Shown here: one piece after another, positions 20,669-31,029 of the stretch
How positions within the stretch are numbered: the stretch's first letter is position 1
Layout: each line of letters starts with the position of its first letter
NCBI GenBank assembly: GCA_947590905.1
Contig: CANQCU010000007.1
Location: 1,067-65,066 of the forward strand
DNA length: 64,000 nt
Direction: 5' to 3'
Origin: an uncultured Clostridia bacterium
GTDB lineage: Bacteria > Bacillota > Clostridia > TANB77 > CAG-508
Notes under the pieces: generated by a model
What the model saw: only the letters and a program-made list of their open reading frames with translations
Told to the model about the DNA's origin: nothing
Databases searched by the model: none
Position numbers and translations under genes: made by a program

Positions 20669-21773
20669 TTATTTATACAATTCTACATAAAATTCTATGA
20701 ATTTAGAATCATTTTTTACATATATATTTCCACCGTGCAATTCAATAATCTCTTTTGTTATTGCAAGACCAAGACCTGTCCCTCCTGTTTTAGTTGATCT
20801 AGATTCATCTATCCTATAAAATTTATCAAAAATTTTGTCTAATTTGTATTGTGGTATTTTGTCTCCTTCATTTCTAAATATTAATTCTATTTTATCATCA
20901 TATTCTTTTAAAGAAATTTGAATTGTAGAATTTTCATAGCTATAATTTATTGCATTTTTTAGTAAATTTCCAAAAGCTCTTGCAAGTTTATCTCCATCTC
21001 CTAGAAACATTACATTCTCTTCTTTTTCTACCTGATATTCTAATTTTTTCTCTTGAAGCATTGGATAAAATTCTTCTAATAATTGCCCAAGAAGAAGTGA
21101 TAAATCTATTTTAGATTTGTTAATCGGCATATCATGTAAGTCATATTTTGTTATTTCAAAAAACTGGTTTGTAAGGTCCTCTACTCTTACTGCTTTATCT
21201 AATGCTATTTGCAAATATTTATCTCTTAAATTCTGAGAAATATCTTTTTCTTGAGTTAAAAGTGTTAGATATCCTATTGTTGATGTAAGGGGTGTTTTTA
21301 AGTCATGTGCCATATACATTATAAGGTCATTTTTCTTGCTTACTGCATCTTTGGCTGCATTTTGGTTTGTAATTAAGTCTATTCTTATTTTATTTATTCT
21401 ATTTTCTACTATTCCGAAGTTCACTAGATAACTTTATATCTCTTTCTGGATCCTTTAATACTTTATCCATTGAGTCAATTATTTCTATCATTCCTTCTAT
21501 TGACTTTTTTATTAAGTTATATGCAACAATAGAAAATACAAAAATAAATATTATTGCTATAATAAGCATTTTGTTATGCACGCAAAATAGATACAGATTT
21601 CTATCTATACCTGAAACATATTCTGCAATAGGGTCTGACAAAATTCCCCCATCTATTATCAAAAGCGTTGCAAAAAAGATAATTAAAGAATAAATAACTA
21701 TTCTTATAGCTGTTTTAATTGCTATACTATTTCTTAATTTTATAATATCGTCATCAATCAATTTTGTATCCAA
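20669..21773 (-). CDS. Sensor histidine kinase, VanS-like (367 aa after +1 shift at CGGA 21414)
   Basis: TM N-terminus joined at SSEL-G-IVENRIN to AHDLKTPLT, NLLKNAINY, GTGLGLAI. Confidence 0.9.
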
Positions 21774-22434
21774 CTCCCCATACTGTTTTTATAAATTTAG
21801 GCTTTTTAGTATCTTCACCTAATTTTTCTCTTATTCTTCTAATATGAACCATTATTGTATTGTTACAGTCTAAATATTTTTCTTTCCAAACATTTTCAAA
21901 AAGCACTTCTGAACTTACAACATGTCCTTTATTTTGTGCTAAATATAAAAGTATATCAAACTCTAACGGTGTTAGTTCTATTGGCTTATCATAAAGTAAG
22001 CACTTATGTTCGTCTTTTCTTATTTCTAGACCATCTATATAAATACTTTCATTTTCTGATTTTTCGTTATATTTTGTATATCTTCTAATATTAGATTTTA
22101 CCCTTGCAATAAGTTCAAGTGGATTAAAAGGTTTTGTCATATAATCATCTGCGCCAAGTGTTAATCCATTAATTTTATCCTTATCATCTATTTTGGCAGT
22201 TAGCATTATTATAGGAAATTTTAGATTTTTATCTCTTATATATTTACAAATTTCAAAACCGTCTTTTCCTTTAATCATGACGTCAAGTATCGCAAAATCC
22301 AAATCGACTGTATCTATACAATTAATTGCTTCTTCTGATGTATAAAATTTATATACTTCATAGCCTTCATTTTTTAAATACAATTCTACTAAATCTGCTA
22401 TTTCTTTTTCATCATCTAATACTAATATCTTCAT
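21754..22434 (-). CDS. OmpR-family response regulator
   Basis: LDDEKEI, MLTAK, GADDYMTKPF, KTVWGVGYK. Confidence 0.95.
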   Translation of the reverse strand: MKILVLDDEKEIADLVELYLKNEGYEVYKFYTSEEAINCIDTVDLDFAILDVMIKGKDGFEICKYIRDKNLKFPIIMLTAKIDDKDKINGLTLGADDYMTKPFNPLELIARVKSNIRRYTKYNEKSENESIYIDGLEIRKDEHKCLLYDKPIELTPLEFDILLYLAQNKGHVVSSEVLFENVWKEKYLDCNNTIMVHIRRIREKLGEDTKKPKFIKTVWGVGYKID

Positions 22435-22595
22435 ATTTTTTCCTTTCTCTACACATGTATTATAGCATATAACTTTTTATGTTTCACTCAAAATTACATA
22501 AATGTAAGAAAATTTTAAGAAATGATTAAGGTTTTCTTAAAAAATTTTTTTATTTTTTACTATATAATATAGACATATTCAAAGGAGGAATTTGT

Positions 22596-23366
22596 TTGAA
22601 AAAGAGAAAAAAAGTTAAATTAGGTAGAATATTTATTTTTATTATTCTACTCATATGTATAATATATTTTTTTATAAAAGTTAATAATTCAAATATCGCA
22701 AATGAGATATCTTTTAAAATTAATTCTAATTTAGTTAATGTCAATAATAGTAAATACAAAGCTATTGGTGAGGATACAAATAAGGATTATTCTGGGAAGC
22801 GGTAAAGAAAAAGTAGAAGATAAAGACCGGATATTCTACAACTTTTACAACTGTTGATAATTCTAAAATATATAAAGAGTATAAGCAAAACGGCGTATCT
22901 TCTTGGAGTAATAAGCCTTATTGGGATGCAGATATGGCTAATAGTGGCTGTCGGAATTACTTCTATGGCAATTATTTTAAGTGGATATGGATTAGATTAT
23001 ACACCAGGAGATTTAAGAGAAAAATATTATCCTGTACTTGATGGTGAAAACATTTCAAAGGAGCTAAAAAATACCTTTAAAATAAAAAATAGTGACTTTT
23101 ACTTTGATTCTGTGCATTTATCAAGTAAGAATATTATTGCTCATTTACAAACTAATCGCCCAGTTTTAGTTTGCATTTGGAATAAGCCAGAGGAGAACAG
23201 ATGGACAACTGCCTCTCACTATATGGTTTTGCTTGCAACTGATGGTAAAGATAAAGTTTATGTATCAAATCCAAATGGTTTAGAAGGTACTTATAAAGCT
23301 TCTGGTTGGTATGATATTGATGAGATACTTCCATATCTTGCAAAAGCTCTTTATATTGAGGAATAA
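22596..23366 (+). CDS. Membrane-anchored C39-like cysteine peptidase (255 aa after three +1 shifts at 22800, 22828, 22952)
   Basis: Joined reading gives YKQN...MANSGC-G-ITSMAIIL...SHYMVL...VYVSNP (papain-like Q/C/H/N arrangement). Confidence 0.8.
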
Positions 23367-23446
23367 TTTTCAATAAATTTTTTTGGAGAGATGTTTATAG
23401 CGTTCTACATCTCTCCAAAAATTTTATATAGAATTTGCACCAACTT

Positions 23447-24475
23447 TTATTTTTTTACAGATGTCCTTTCATTTAATATTTCGCCATTCTCACTGCAATC
23501 ATATTCTCTTTCTTGTTTAATCTTATCTCCATCTTCATAAATTTCAATTACATGGTATCCATTTAATTCTGGTTTTTTTACGTCTTCATCTGTCAATTCT
23601 CCAAATTTAATTTCATATTCTTCCAGATGCATTTGACTATCATCATAATATGCTACAGGTAATCCTGTCTTTACATCAAAATACCATCTTTGTTCATCAT
23701 CTTTTATCTCATAGCAATCTTTTTCGTCAAACTTTACTCTATGAATATCTCCAAATAATGTTAATTTTAATATATCTTTAAAATTTATTAAATTGCACCA
23801 ATATGGTAAAGTATAATCATAATCATAATCTAAATTATTATCCATGTGTCTTATTAAAGCTGTTTTATGTTCGGCATATTTTATCCCTGTTTCTTTTTCT
23901 TTTTGAGTCGAAGTACGGGCTCCATCAAGTACACTAAGATATTCATTATTTGATTGATATATTAATCTTCTTGAGTTTGGAATCACTTCATATACTATTT
24001 TTTCATCCTTTTCTTTGCCTTTATACTCCTCCATCTCTACTAAATAAGCTCCATCTTTAGTATAAGTTATAGTTTTATCCATTGAACTGCCATTATATTC
24101 TCTTGTTTCCCTATATAAATTATCTTTATTAGCTTTTACAGCCATTTGTGTTCTAAGAATTGAACCTCCAACCATATATAGTCTTGTTCCAAAAAGTGTT
24201 CCATATCGTACTGCAAATAGTGCTATTATAATTAAAAACGCATTTCTAAATATTTTTAGTTTTCTGTTATATTTTTTAATATATTTTACCTCTTTGTCAC
24301 TACTTCTTTTTGCATTTACTTCTATGTCTTTTTTCATGCTATCTAGCACTCTTGTACACTCTTCACAAGTTTTAATATGTTCTTCTACAAATTCATTTGT
24401 CTCATTACTTGTGAGATTTTCTAGGTAATTTGGTAAAATGTCTTGTACAATTTTACATTCTTTTTTCTCTTTCAT
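23447..24475 (-). CDS. Anti-sigma factor (zf-HC2, TM helix, extracytoplasmic domain)
   Basis: CKIVQDILPNY...EEHIKTCEEC (HxxxCxxC); follows an ECF sigma gene. Confidence 0.85.
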   Translation of the reverse strand: MKEKKECKIVQDILPNYLENLTSNETNEFVEEHIKTCEECTRVLDSMKKDIEVNAKRSSDKEVKYIKKYNRKLKIFRNAFLIIIALFAVRYGTLFGTRLYMVGGSILRTQMAVKANKDNLYRETREYNGSSMDKTITYTKDGAYLVEMEEYKGKEKDEKIVYEVIPNSRRLIYQSNNEYLSVLDGARTSTQKEKETGIKYAEHKTALIRHMDNNLDYDYDYTLPYWCNLINFKDILKLTLFGDIHRVKFDEKDCYEIKDDEQRWYFDVKTGLPVAYYDDSQMHLEEYEIKFGELTDEDVKKPELNGYHVIEIYEDGDKIKQEREYDCSENGEILNERTSVKK

Positions 24476-24954
24476 TTTCACCACTCTCCTTTAATTTTTG
24501 CTTACCTCTATAAAATGTTACTCTTGCCCAAGTTTCTGTTTTATTTAGTATTGTACCTATCTCTTTAAAACTTAACTCTCCTGTTAGCCTTAAATACATA
24601 ACTTCTTTTGTTTTATTATCCAAATTTTGCATTTTTTTAAATAAATCTAGTTTATTTGTATTTGCTATTGCTGTTTCTTCTGTGTTTTCTAGTGCAATTA
24701 AAGAAATTTCTTCATCATCTATGTTTTTTAGCTTTTTTCTTTTATTGTATTCGTCAAACCACAAATGCTTTGCTATTTGGCATAACCACACAGACATTTT
24801 AGAGTTTCCTTTAAAGCTATCAATCTTTGTAACTGCTCTATAAAATGTTTCTTGGGTAAGCTCTTCAGCCATATCGCTGTCTCCGAGTTAAGCAGAATAG
24901 GTATTTATATACTGTCTTAAAATATTCTTTGTATATTTCTTCAATATTCTGCAT
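24453..24954 (-). CDS. ECF RNA polymerase sigma factor (166 aa after +1 shift at CGGA 24883)
   Basis: MQNIEEIYKEYFKTVYKYLFCLT-G-DSDMAEELTQETF...WLCQIAK...ELSFKEIG...WARVTFYRGK; AGGAGG RBS before 24954. Confidence 0.9.
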
Positions 24955-25162
24955 AACTTTTCCTCCTTTTCTATATGACTGTTTATCCTATTATTTCGTT
25001 ACAAAAAATAAAAAAGTTCCTATGTATTAATATTTAGCAGTAAGACTGTGCGTTTGAAATCCTAAATATATTTTGTCATAAAATAAAATTATATAAAGTC
25101 AAAATTTTTAGGTTCTAAATATGCTTTAGTGCTAAATATTAATATACAAGAACAACTTTTTA

Positions 25163-26608
25163 TTACATTTTAGTTCTATTTAAAATATCAGTTTTTAAAT
25201 CATACAACTTCTTTGATAAATCTACATAGTACTTTTGAGGATTATTTAATCTCTTTACCTCATCCCATATTGTACTTAGATCCTTCTTTGAATATTCTGC
25301 AATTTCCTTCAAAGTAGGTGTTTTATATATAAGTTTTCCGTTTTCAAATATCTTTTCTTGTAACTCACGTACATAGTAATTAGTTAATACTTTTCTTTTC
25401 CAAGTATTATGCTCATCAAATATCTCATATCCTTCATCTGAAACTGTTTCATCTTTTAACATTACAACATCTGCTAAAGCATAGTTTGTATCTTTAGAAT
25501 AGAATCTGCACACTTTTTTAAAGCTTGGATTTGTTATTTTTTCCGTATTATCACTTATTTTTATTCTTGGTTCTATTTTTCCATCTTTTTCAATTCCAAC
25601 TAATTTATATACTCCCCCGAATACTGGATCACTTTTTGATGTAATTAAGTTTTCTCCTACTCCAAAGCTATCTACTTGTGCATTTTGTGCTATTAATGAG
25701 TTTATTAAATATTCATCAAGTGAATTTGTTAAACATATTTTGCAGTTTTTATATCCTGCATTATCTAATGCTTCTCTTACTTTTTTAGAAAGATATGCTA
25801 AATCTCCACTATCAAGTCTGACTGCAAAGTTTTCTATTCCTTTTGGCTTTAATACTTCATCAAATACTCTAATAGCATTTGGAAGTCCACTCTTTAATGT
25901 ATCATATGTATCTATTAGTAATGTGCAATTATTAGGATATAATTCGGCATAAGCTTTAAATGCCTCATATTCACTATCAAAACTTTGTATCCAGCTATGT
26001 GCCATAGTACCTGATGCAGGAACATTAAATTTCTTTGCAGTAACTGTACATGATGTTCCACAAGCTCCTCCAATCATTGCAGCTCTTGCTCCATATATTG
26101 CAGCGCTTACGCCATGTGCTCTTCTTGCTCCAAATTCCATTACAGGTCTACCATTTGCTGCTCTTACTATTCTTGATGTTTTTGTTGCAATTAGGCTTTG
26201 ATGATTTATTATAACTAAAATTGCTGTTTCTAGAAATTGTGCTTCTATAACTGGTGCTTTTACTGTAATTATGGGTTCATTAGGAAAAACTACAGTTCCC
26301 TCTGGTACTGCCCATATATCTCCTGTGAATTTAAAATTCAATAAATATTTAAAATAATCTTCTGAAAATAAATTTTGACTTCTAAGATATTCTATATCTT
26401 CTTCATTAAATTTCAAATTTTGTACATAATCAATTACTTGTTCTAATCCTGCTGCTATTGCATATCCTCCTCTGTCTGGTACTTTCCTAAAAAAGACATC
26501 AAAATATGCAATTTCATTTTTATTTTTTTCGAAATATCCATTTGTCATTGTAATTTCATAAAAATCTGTTAATAGTTCTATATCTTCTTCTTTCATTTTA
26601 TACCTCAC
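25163..26608 (-). CDS. pncB: Nicotinate phosphoribosyltransferase
   Basis: LLTDFYEITM, EFGARRAHG, GTMAHS, RLDSGDL. Confidence 0.95.
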   Translation of the reverse strand: MRYKMKEEDIELLTDFYEITMTNGYFEKNKNEIAYFDVFFRKVPDRGGYAIAAGLEQVIDYVQNLKFNEEDIEYLRSQNLFSEDYFKYLLNFKFTGDIWAVPEGTVVFPNEPIITVKAPVIEAQFLETAILVIINHQSLIATKTSRIVRAANGRPVMEFGARRAHGVSAAIYGARAAMIGGACGTSCTVTAKKFNVPASGTMAHSWIQSFDSEYEAFKAYAELYPNNCTLLIDTYDTLKSGLPNAIRVFDEVLKPKGIENFAVRLDSGDLAYLSKKVREALDNAGYKNCKICLTNSLDEYLINSLIAQNAQVDSFGVGENLITSKSDPVFGGVYKLVGIEKDGKIEPRIKISDNTEKITNPSFKKVCRFYSKDTNYALADVVMLKDETVSDEGYEIFDEHNTWKRKVLTNYYVRELQEKIFENGKLIYKTPTLKEIAEYSKKDLSTIWDEVKRLNNPQKYYVDLSKKLYDLKTDILNRTKM

Positions 26609-26621
26609 TTTTAAATAAATT

Positions 26622-27476
26622 TTATTTCTCTAATAAATAATTTTTTCTTTCGAATGTATATGTAGGTATCTTTTCTCTTTTATGCCTTGAAGCATTAAAT
26701 TTGCTAATAATTATATCTTTTGCATTTTCGTCAGTTGTTCCTTTTTCTATCATTTCTGCAATTTGTGAATATTTTACTCCTAATTTTTCTTCATCAGTTT
26801 GTCCGCCTAATCCATCATTTGGAGCTTTATTCAATATTTTTTCTGGAACACCAAGCATTTCTCCTATTTTTAAAACTTCATCTACTGTAAAGTTTGCAAT
26901 TGGATTAAAGTCATAGCTACTATCTCCCCATTTAGTTGTATATCCGAACCATTGCTTCGCAAAGATTTCCAGTTCCTATTACCAAATATCCGCATTGTTT
27001 GTGCAATTGCATAAAGAGTTGTCATCCTTAATCTTGGTTTTATGTTAATAGAGGCTTCTTTGGATATTTTGCTTTCTACTTCTGAGTTTAATTTGTTATT
27101 ATTTGTTATATGATCTAGATTGTTTATTCCGCTCTTCCAAAATATTTTCATTATTTAGCTTACTTATTCCTCTATTTAATGTGCTTTCTAGCTCTTGATA
27201 AGTATTTGTTAAATCTAATTTAATGAATTTTACGCCAAAAGTATCTGCTACAAGTTTAGCATCTTCAAAATCTGCATTTATTGAATTGCAAGGCATTGAT
27301 ATTGCAAGCACTCTTTCTTTTCCTAATGCTTTTACAGCCATTGCAATTACTGTAGCTGAATCTTTTCCTCCACTATTTCCAACGACTACGCCTTTTGCAT
27401 TTGCTTTTTCCACATAATCTTTTATCCATGCTATTGCATTATTTGCTTCTTTTTCTAAGGTATCTTTGTCTAACAT
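26622..27476 (-). CDS. nadE: NH3-dependent NAD+ synthetase (283 aa after three +1 shifts at 27129, 26990, 26944)
   Basis: SGGKDS, NIKPRLRM, QTM-G-YLVIGTGNLCEAMV-G-YTTKWGD, KAPNDGL, TDEEKLG. Confidence 0.92.
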
Positions 27477-27479
27477 TAT

Positions 27480-28373
27480 CTACTTGCCTTCTTTCTTTGA
27501 AACGAAGATTTTATTATTTTTTTCTATTATTGTTTCTACCTCTTCTTTTTCAAGATTTACTACTCTAGCTATTGTTTCTATATCTATTTTTTCTTTATAC
27601 ATATTTAGTATTACTTCTTCTTGCTTTTCTTCTCTCCCTTTATCATAACCGTATGCCTCTATTGCATGTGAATCTCTTATGTGTTTTAGTCTTAATTCTG
27701 CTAAGTATTGTTCTCGTTCATCTTCTTTTATTTTGTCTAACTCTTCTTTTGCTTTTTTTATATCGCTATTTTCCATCATTTCTTTTTCTCCTATTCTTTC
27801 AGGATTTTTTATGAATAACGACCAAAGTATCAATTTATCCTTTTTATCTATATCCTTCTCTTTTAACTGTTTTATTAATTTTTCTAGACTTATTATACTT
27901 ATTTCTAATACGTCTGTCAATATACTTTTTGTGTATTCTTCTTCTCGTATTTGCCATCTCGTATGGTATTTTTCTATCTCTTTTATACTTTCTAATTCAA
28001 AATCTGCTATTAATATTACTATTGTCTTTTTTAACTTATTATAGTCTTCTCCTTCTTTTATTTCTGATGAATATAACTTACTCCAATAAAACATTAACCT
28101 TTTTTCTATATCTTTACTTTGTACTACTTGCATCTCTACATTACATATTGTTCCATTATCTAATCTTGCTCTTACATCTAATATTCCTATTTTATCATCT
28201 ATTAAATCTTTTTCTAGTATTGTACTTTCATTTAGTTCTACTGATTTCACCTCCTCTCCTATTACTGCACTTATTAGTCCTCTTGTTATTTCCTCGTTTC
28301 CTACTTTTCCAAAAATTCTTTTAAACACATAATCATTTGTTGGTACCATTGCCTCGTTTTTCAACATAAGCAT
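27480..28373 (-). CDS. Rpn family recombination-promoting nuclease / PD-(D/E)XK putative transposase
   Basis: NDYVFKRIFG, ILDVRA, NVEMQ, RLMFYWSKLY. Confidence 0.88.
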   Translation of the reverse strand: MLMLKNEAMVPTNDYVFKRIFGKVGNEEITRGLISAVIGEEVKSVELNESTILEKDLIDDKIGILDVRARLDNGTICNVEMQVVQSKDIEKRLMFYWSKLYSSEIKEGEDYNKLKKTIVILIADFELESIKEIEKYHTRWQIREEEYTKSILTDVLEISIISLEKLIKQLKEKDIDKKDKLILWSLFIKNPERIGEKEMMENSDIKKAKEELDKIKEDEREQYLAELRLKHIRDSHAIEAYGYDKGREEKQEEVILNMYKEKIDIETIARVVNLEKEEVETIIEKNNKIFVSKKEGK

Positions 28374-28656
28374 TCTCCTTTCATTATTTAATTTTAAAAT
28401 TTGATTTTTTTAGGTGAAACCCTCATTGATTTTCTTTATGTCTCGTCTTAAGTTGTATTTTAATTTTGTCTTTCCTTAAAGTTGTATGAAAAAATATTTT
28501 TTCCTAATAATAGCAATTAAACTTTGCTTTTTAGGTAAATTAGAGCAATTAATTTGCTCTTATAAAAATAAGTAATAAGTTTTAAAACTTACTACTTATT
28601 TTTAACATCTTATCTTTATTTTGTCAATATTCACATTGAAATTTCATAACAATCTT

Positions 28657-29319
28657 CTATATTTTCATTATCAACTTATTTACTGTACTTGTGTATATAA
28701 TTAAATACGATATTGCAACAAAAAATCCTGCTAAAACATCACTTGTATAATGTACTCCTAAATATATTCTACTAACTCCAATAAGCACAATTAACAATGA
28801 TAAAAGTGTAATCAATGTCCATTTAAGATATTTATTTTTCACATTCTTATATATCAAATAAATTAAAAATCCATAAAATGCCATGCTTACCATTGAATGT
28901 CCTGATGGGAAACTGTATCCTGTTTCATCTATTATTCTAAATTCTGTTGGTCTTGGTCTTTGTAATATATTTTTTAGTGAAAAGTTAATTGTTGCTGAAA
29001 CTGCTAAATTTAAATAAATTGATATTCCAATTCTTTTATTTTTTATTGCTACAAATAGAATAGTTGCAATTAATATTAAAATTATTGCACTTCCAAAGTT
29101 AGTTATAAATTTTGCAATTGGTGTTAGAAAATCACATATTATATATTCTGATATAAAATTATATCCTATTACATCTCTTTTCATTATCTCTTGATGAAAC
29201 ACACTTTCTGCAATATCTATAAAACCTACTACGCAAATAAATAGAATAAACCATTTTAAGTTTTTTATAAAAAATTCTTTTATATTATTTTCTTTTGTTT
29301 CTTTAGTTTTTTGCTCCAT
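28657..29319 (-). CDS. PAP2 family phosphatase
   Basis: KNILQRPRP, SFPSGH, SRIYLGVHYTSDV. Confidence 0.93.
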   Translation of the reverse strand: MEQKTKETKENNIKEFFIKNLKWFILFICVVGFIDIAESVFHQEIMKRDVIGYNFISEYIICDFLTPIAKFITNFGSAIILILIATILFVAIKNKRIGISIYLNLAVSATINFSLKNILQRPRPTEFRIIDETGYSFPSGHSMVSMAFYGFLIYLIYKNVKNKYLKWTLITLLSLLIVLIGVSRIYLGVHYTSDVLAGFFVAISYLIIYTSTVNKLIMKI

Positions 29320-29348
29320 TTTTATCTAATTTTACTCCCTAAATTTCT

Positions 29349-29915
29349 TTAAATAGTTTTCATTTCTTCTTCTATTTTATCTTCGCTTTCTCTCATTGCA
29401 AGTATTGTTTCTTCAAATAATTTATCTATCTCCCATCCTAATTTTTCTGCTCCTTCTCTTATTGTATCTCTTGAACAACCTGCAGCAAACTTTTTATCTT
29501 TAAATTTCTTTTTTAAGCTAGATACTTCCATATCTTTTGTACTATGTGATGGTCTCATTTTAGCTGCTGCCCATATAAGTCCTGTTAATTCATCTGTAGC
29601 AAAAAGTATCTTTTCCATTTCATGTTCTGGTTTCACATCTGAGCATATTCCATATGCATGGCTACAAATTGCATGTACCATTTCTGGCTCTGCATTTATC
29701 TCTTGTAATAACTCTGGAGCTTTTTTGCAATGTTCTTCTGGATATTTTTCAAAATCAATATCATGTAAAAGTCCAACAAGTCCCCAGAATTCCTCATCAT
29801 ATCCATTTTTTCTTGCAAAATATTTCATAACATTTTCTACTGTAAGAGCATGTCTTATATGGAATTCTTCTTGATTATACTTTTTTAGCAAATTTATTGC
29901 ATCTTCTCTATTCAT
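29349..29915 (-). CDS. HD-domain hydrolase
   Basis: RHALTVE, GLLHDID, DELTGLI. Confidence 0.88.
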   Translation of the reverse strand: MNREDAINLLKKYNQEEFHIRHALTVENVMKYFARKNGYDEEFWGLVGLLHDIDFEKYPEEHCKKAPELLQEINAEPEMVHAICSHAYGICSDVKPEHEMEKILFATDELTGLIWAAAKMRPSHSTKDMEVSSLKKKFKDKKFAAGCSRDTIREGAEKLGWEIDKLFEETILAMRESEDKIEEEMKTI

Positions 29916-30120
29916 TTTCTTTCCTCCATAATTTTTATTTTTTCTAGTTCAATTTATATTTTTATTAAACTTTTTAATTCTTAATTCATATAATACAAAT
30001 ATATTTTTATATTGTCAAGGAGAAATTTTTATGACTCAAAAAGTTGTATTAGAAAAACAAGCTTTAGAAATTGCAATGTTTTAATGTATTACGAATAATC
30101 CGAAAAAAAGATAGTTTTTT

Positions 30121-30952
30121 CTATCTTTTTTCAAAATGCTGATAATCTTTTTTGCTCTTCCAATCTCCTCCCCAGCTCCAACCATATTTTGCAAATATCT
30201 TATAAATATCATCATTTTTGCTTATTTGATATTTTTGCTTTAAGCTTCTATCTGCATAAGCTACTGCTGACGCTGGACTTATATTTTCTCCTTCAATATA
30301 TGGATTATACAGAGGATTTATATCTATTGCCATACCTTTAGCATGGTTTGATAAACTCTTTGTTCCTTGAACTTTTCTATAGCAAAAGCATGAAGTATTA
30401 TTATCTTCCATTGATAGCTCGTCATTTCCACCATATTCGTCTATAAGCTTAATTTTTTCTATTGGGTATCTTATATCATATAGTTCTTTAAAAATGCTTA
30501 GTACGTCATTTGCGACTTTTCTATTTACTATCATTTCTCCAATATGAGTTTCATTATCAAAACCATAATATGATACTTGTAAATATGAATAATCTTTTAT
30601 ATTAATTTCAGCCTTATCTTTAAGCATAATAGAATTTCCAAGCATTTTTTCATATATTTTATCTGGAACTTCGCTTGATACAAATATTGGTTCTGCTAGC
30701 TCTATATCTTCATATACTTTTGCATTAGGGCAAATTTTTTCATTTGCTTCTATTCTCGGAATAAGATTTTCATTTACTTCTACGGCAGAAATAAGATTTT
30801 CATTTGTTTTTACGGCAGAAATAAGATTTTCATTTATACCTAAGAAATTTCCATCTTTAATGTCTATACCGGTCAATTACCTCTTCATTTATACTTTGCT
30901 CTAGGAAAAGTAATTTTGAAAAAACAATCATAAAAATAAAAAATTTACTCAT
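30121..30952 (-). CDS. M15-family metallopeptidase (276 aa after +1 shift at CGGT 30869)
   Basis: SNHAKGMAIDINP, WGGDW, DYQHFE; hydrophobic leader MSKFFIFMIVFSKLLFL is joined only through the CGG site. Confidence 0.82.
30751..30836 (-). repeat. 30-bp coding tandem repeat, about 3 copies
   Basis: aataagattttcattt recurs at a 30-nt period (NENLISAVKT / NENLISAVEV / NENLIPRIEA). Confidence 0.85.
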
Positions 30953-31029
30953 ATTAGAATTTATTCCTTAATAAATCTAATATGAGTATAAAATAAATAT
31001 CATAAGACAAAACATTTAATAAAATCAAA

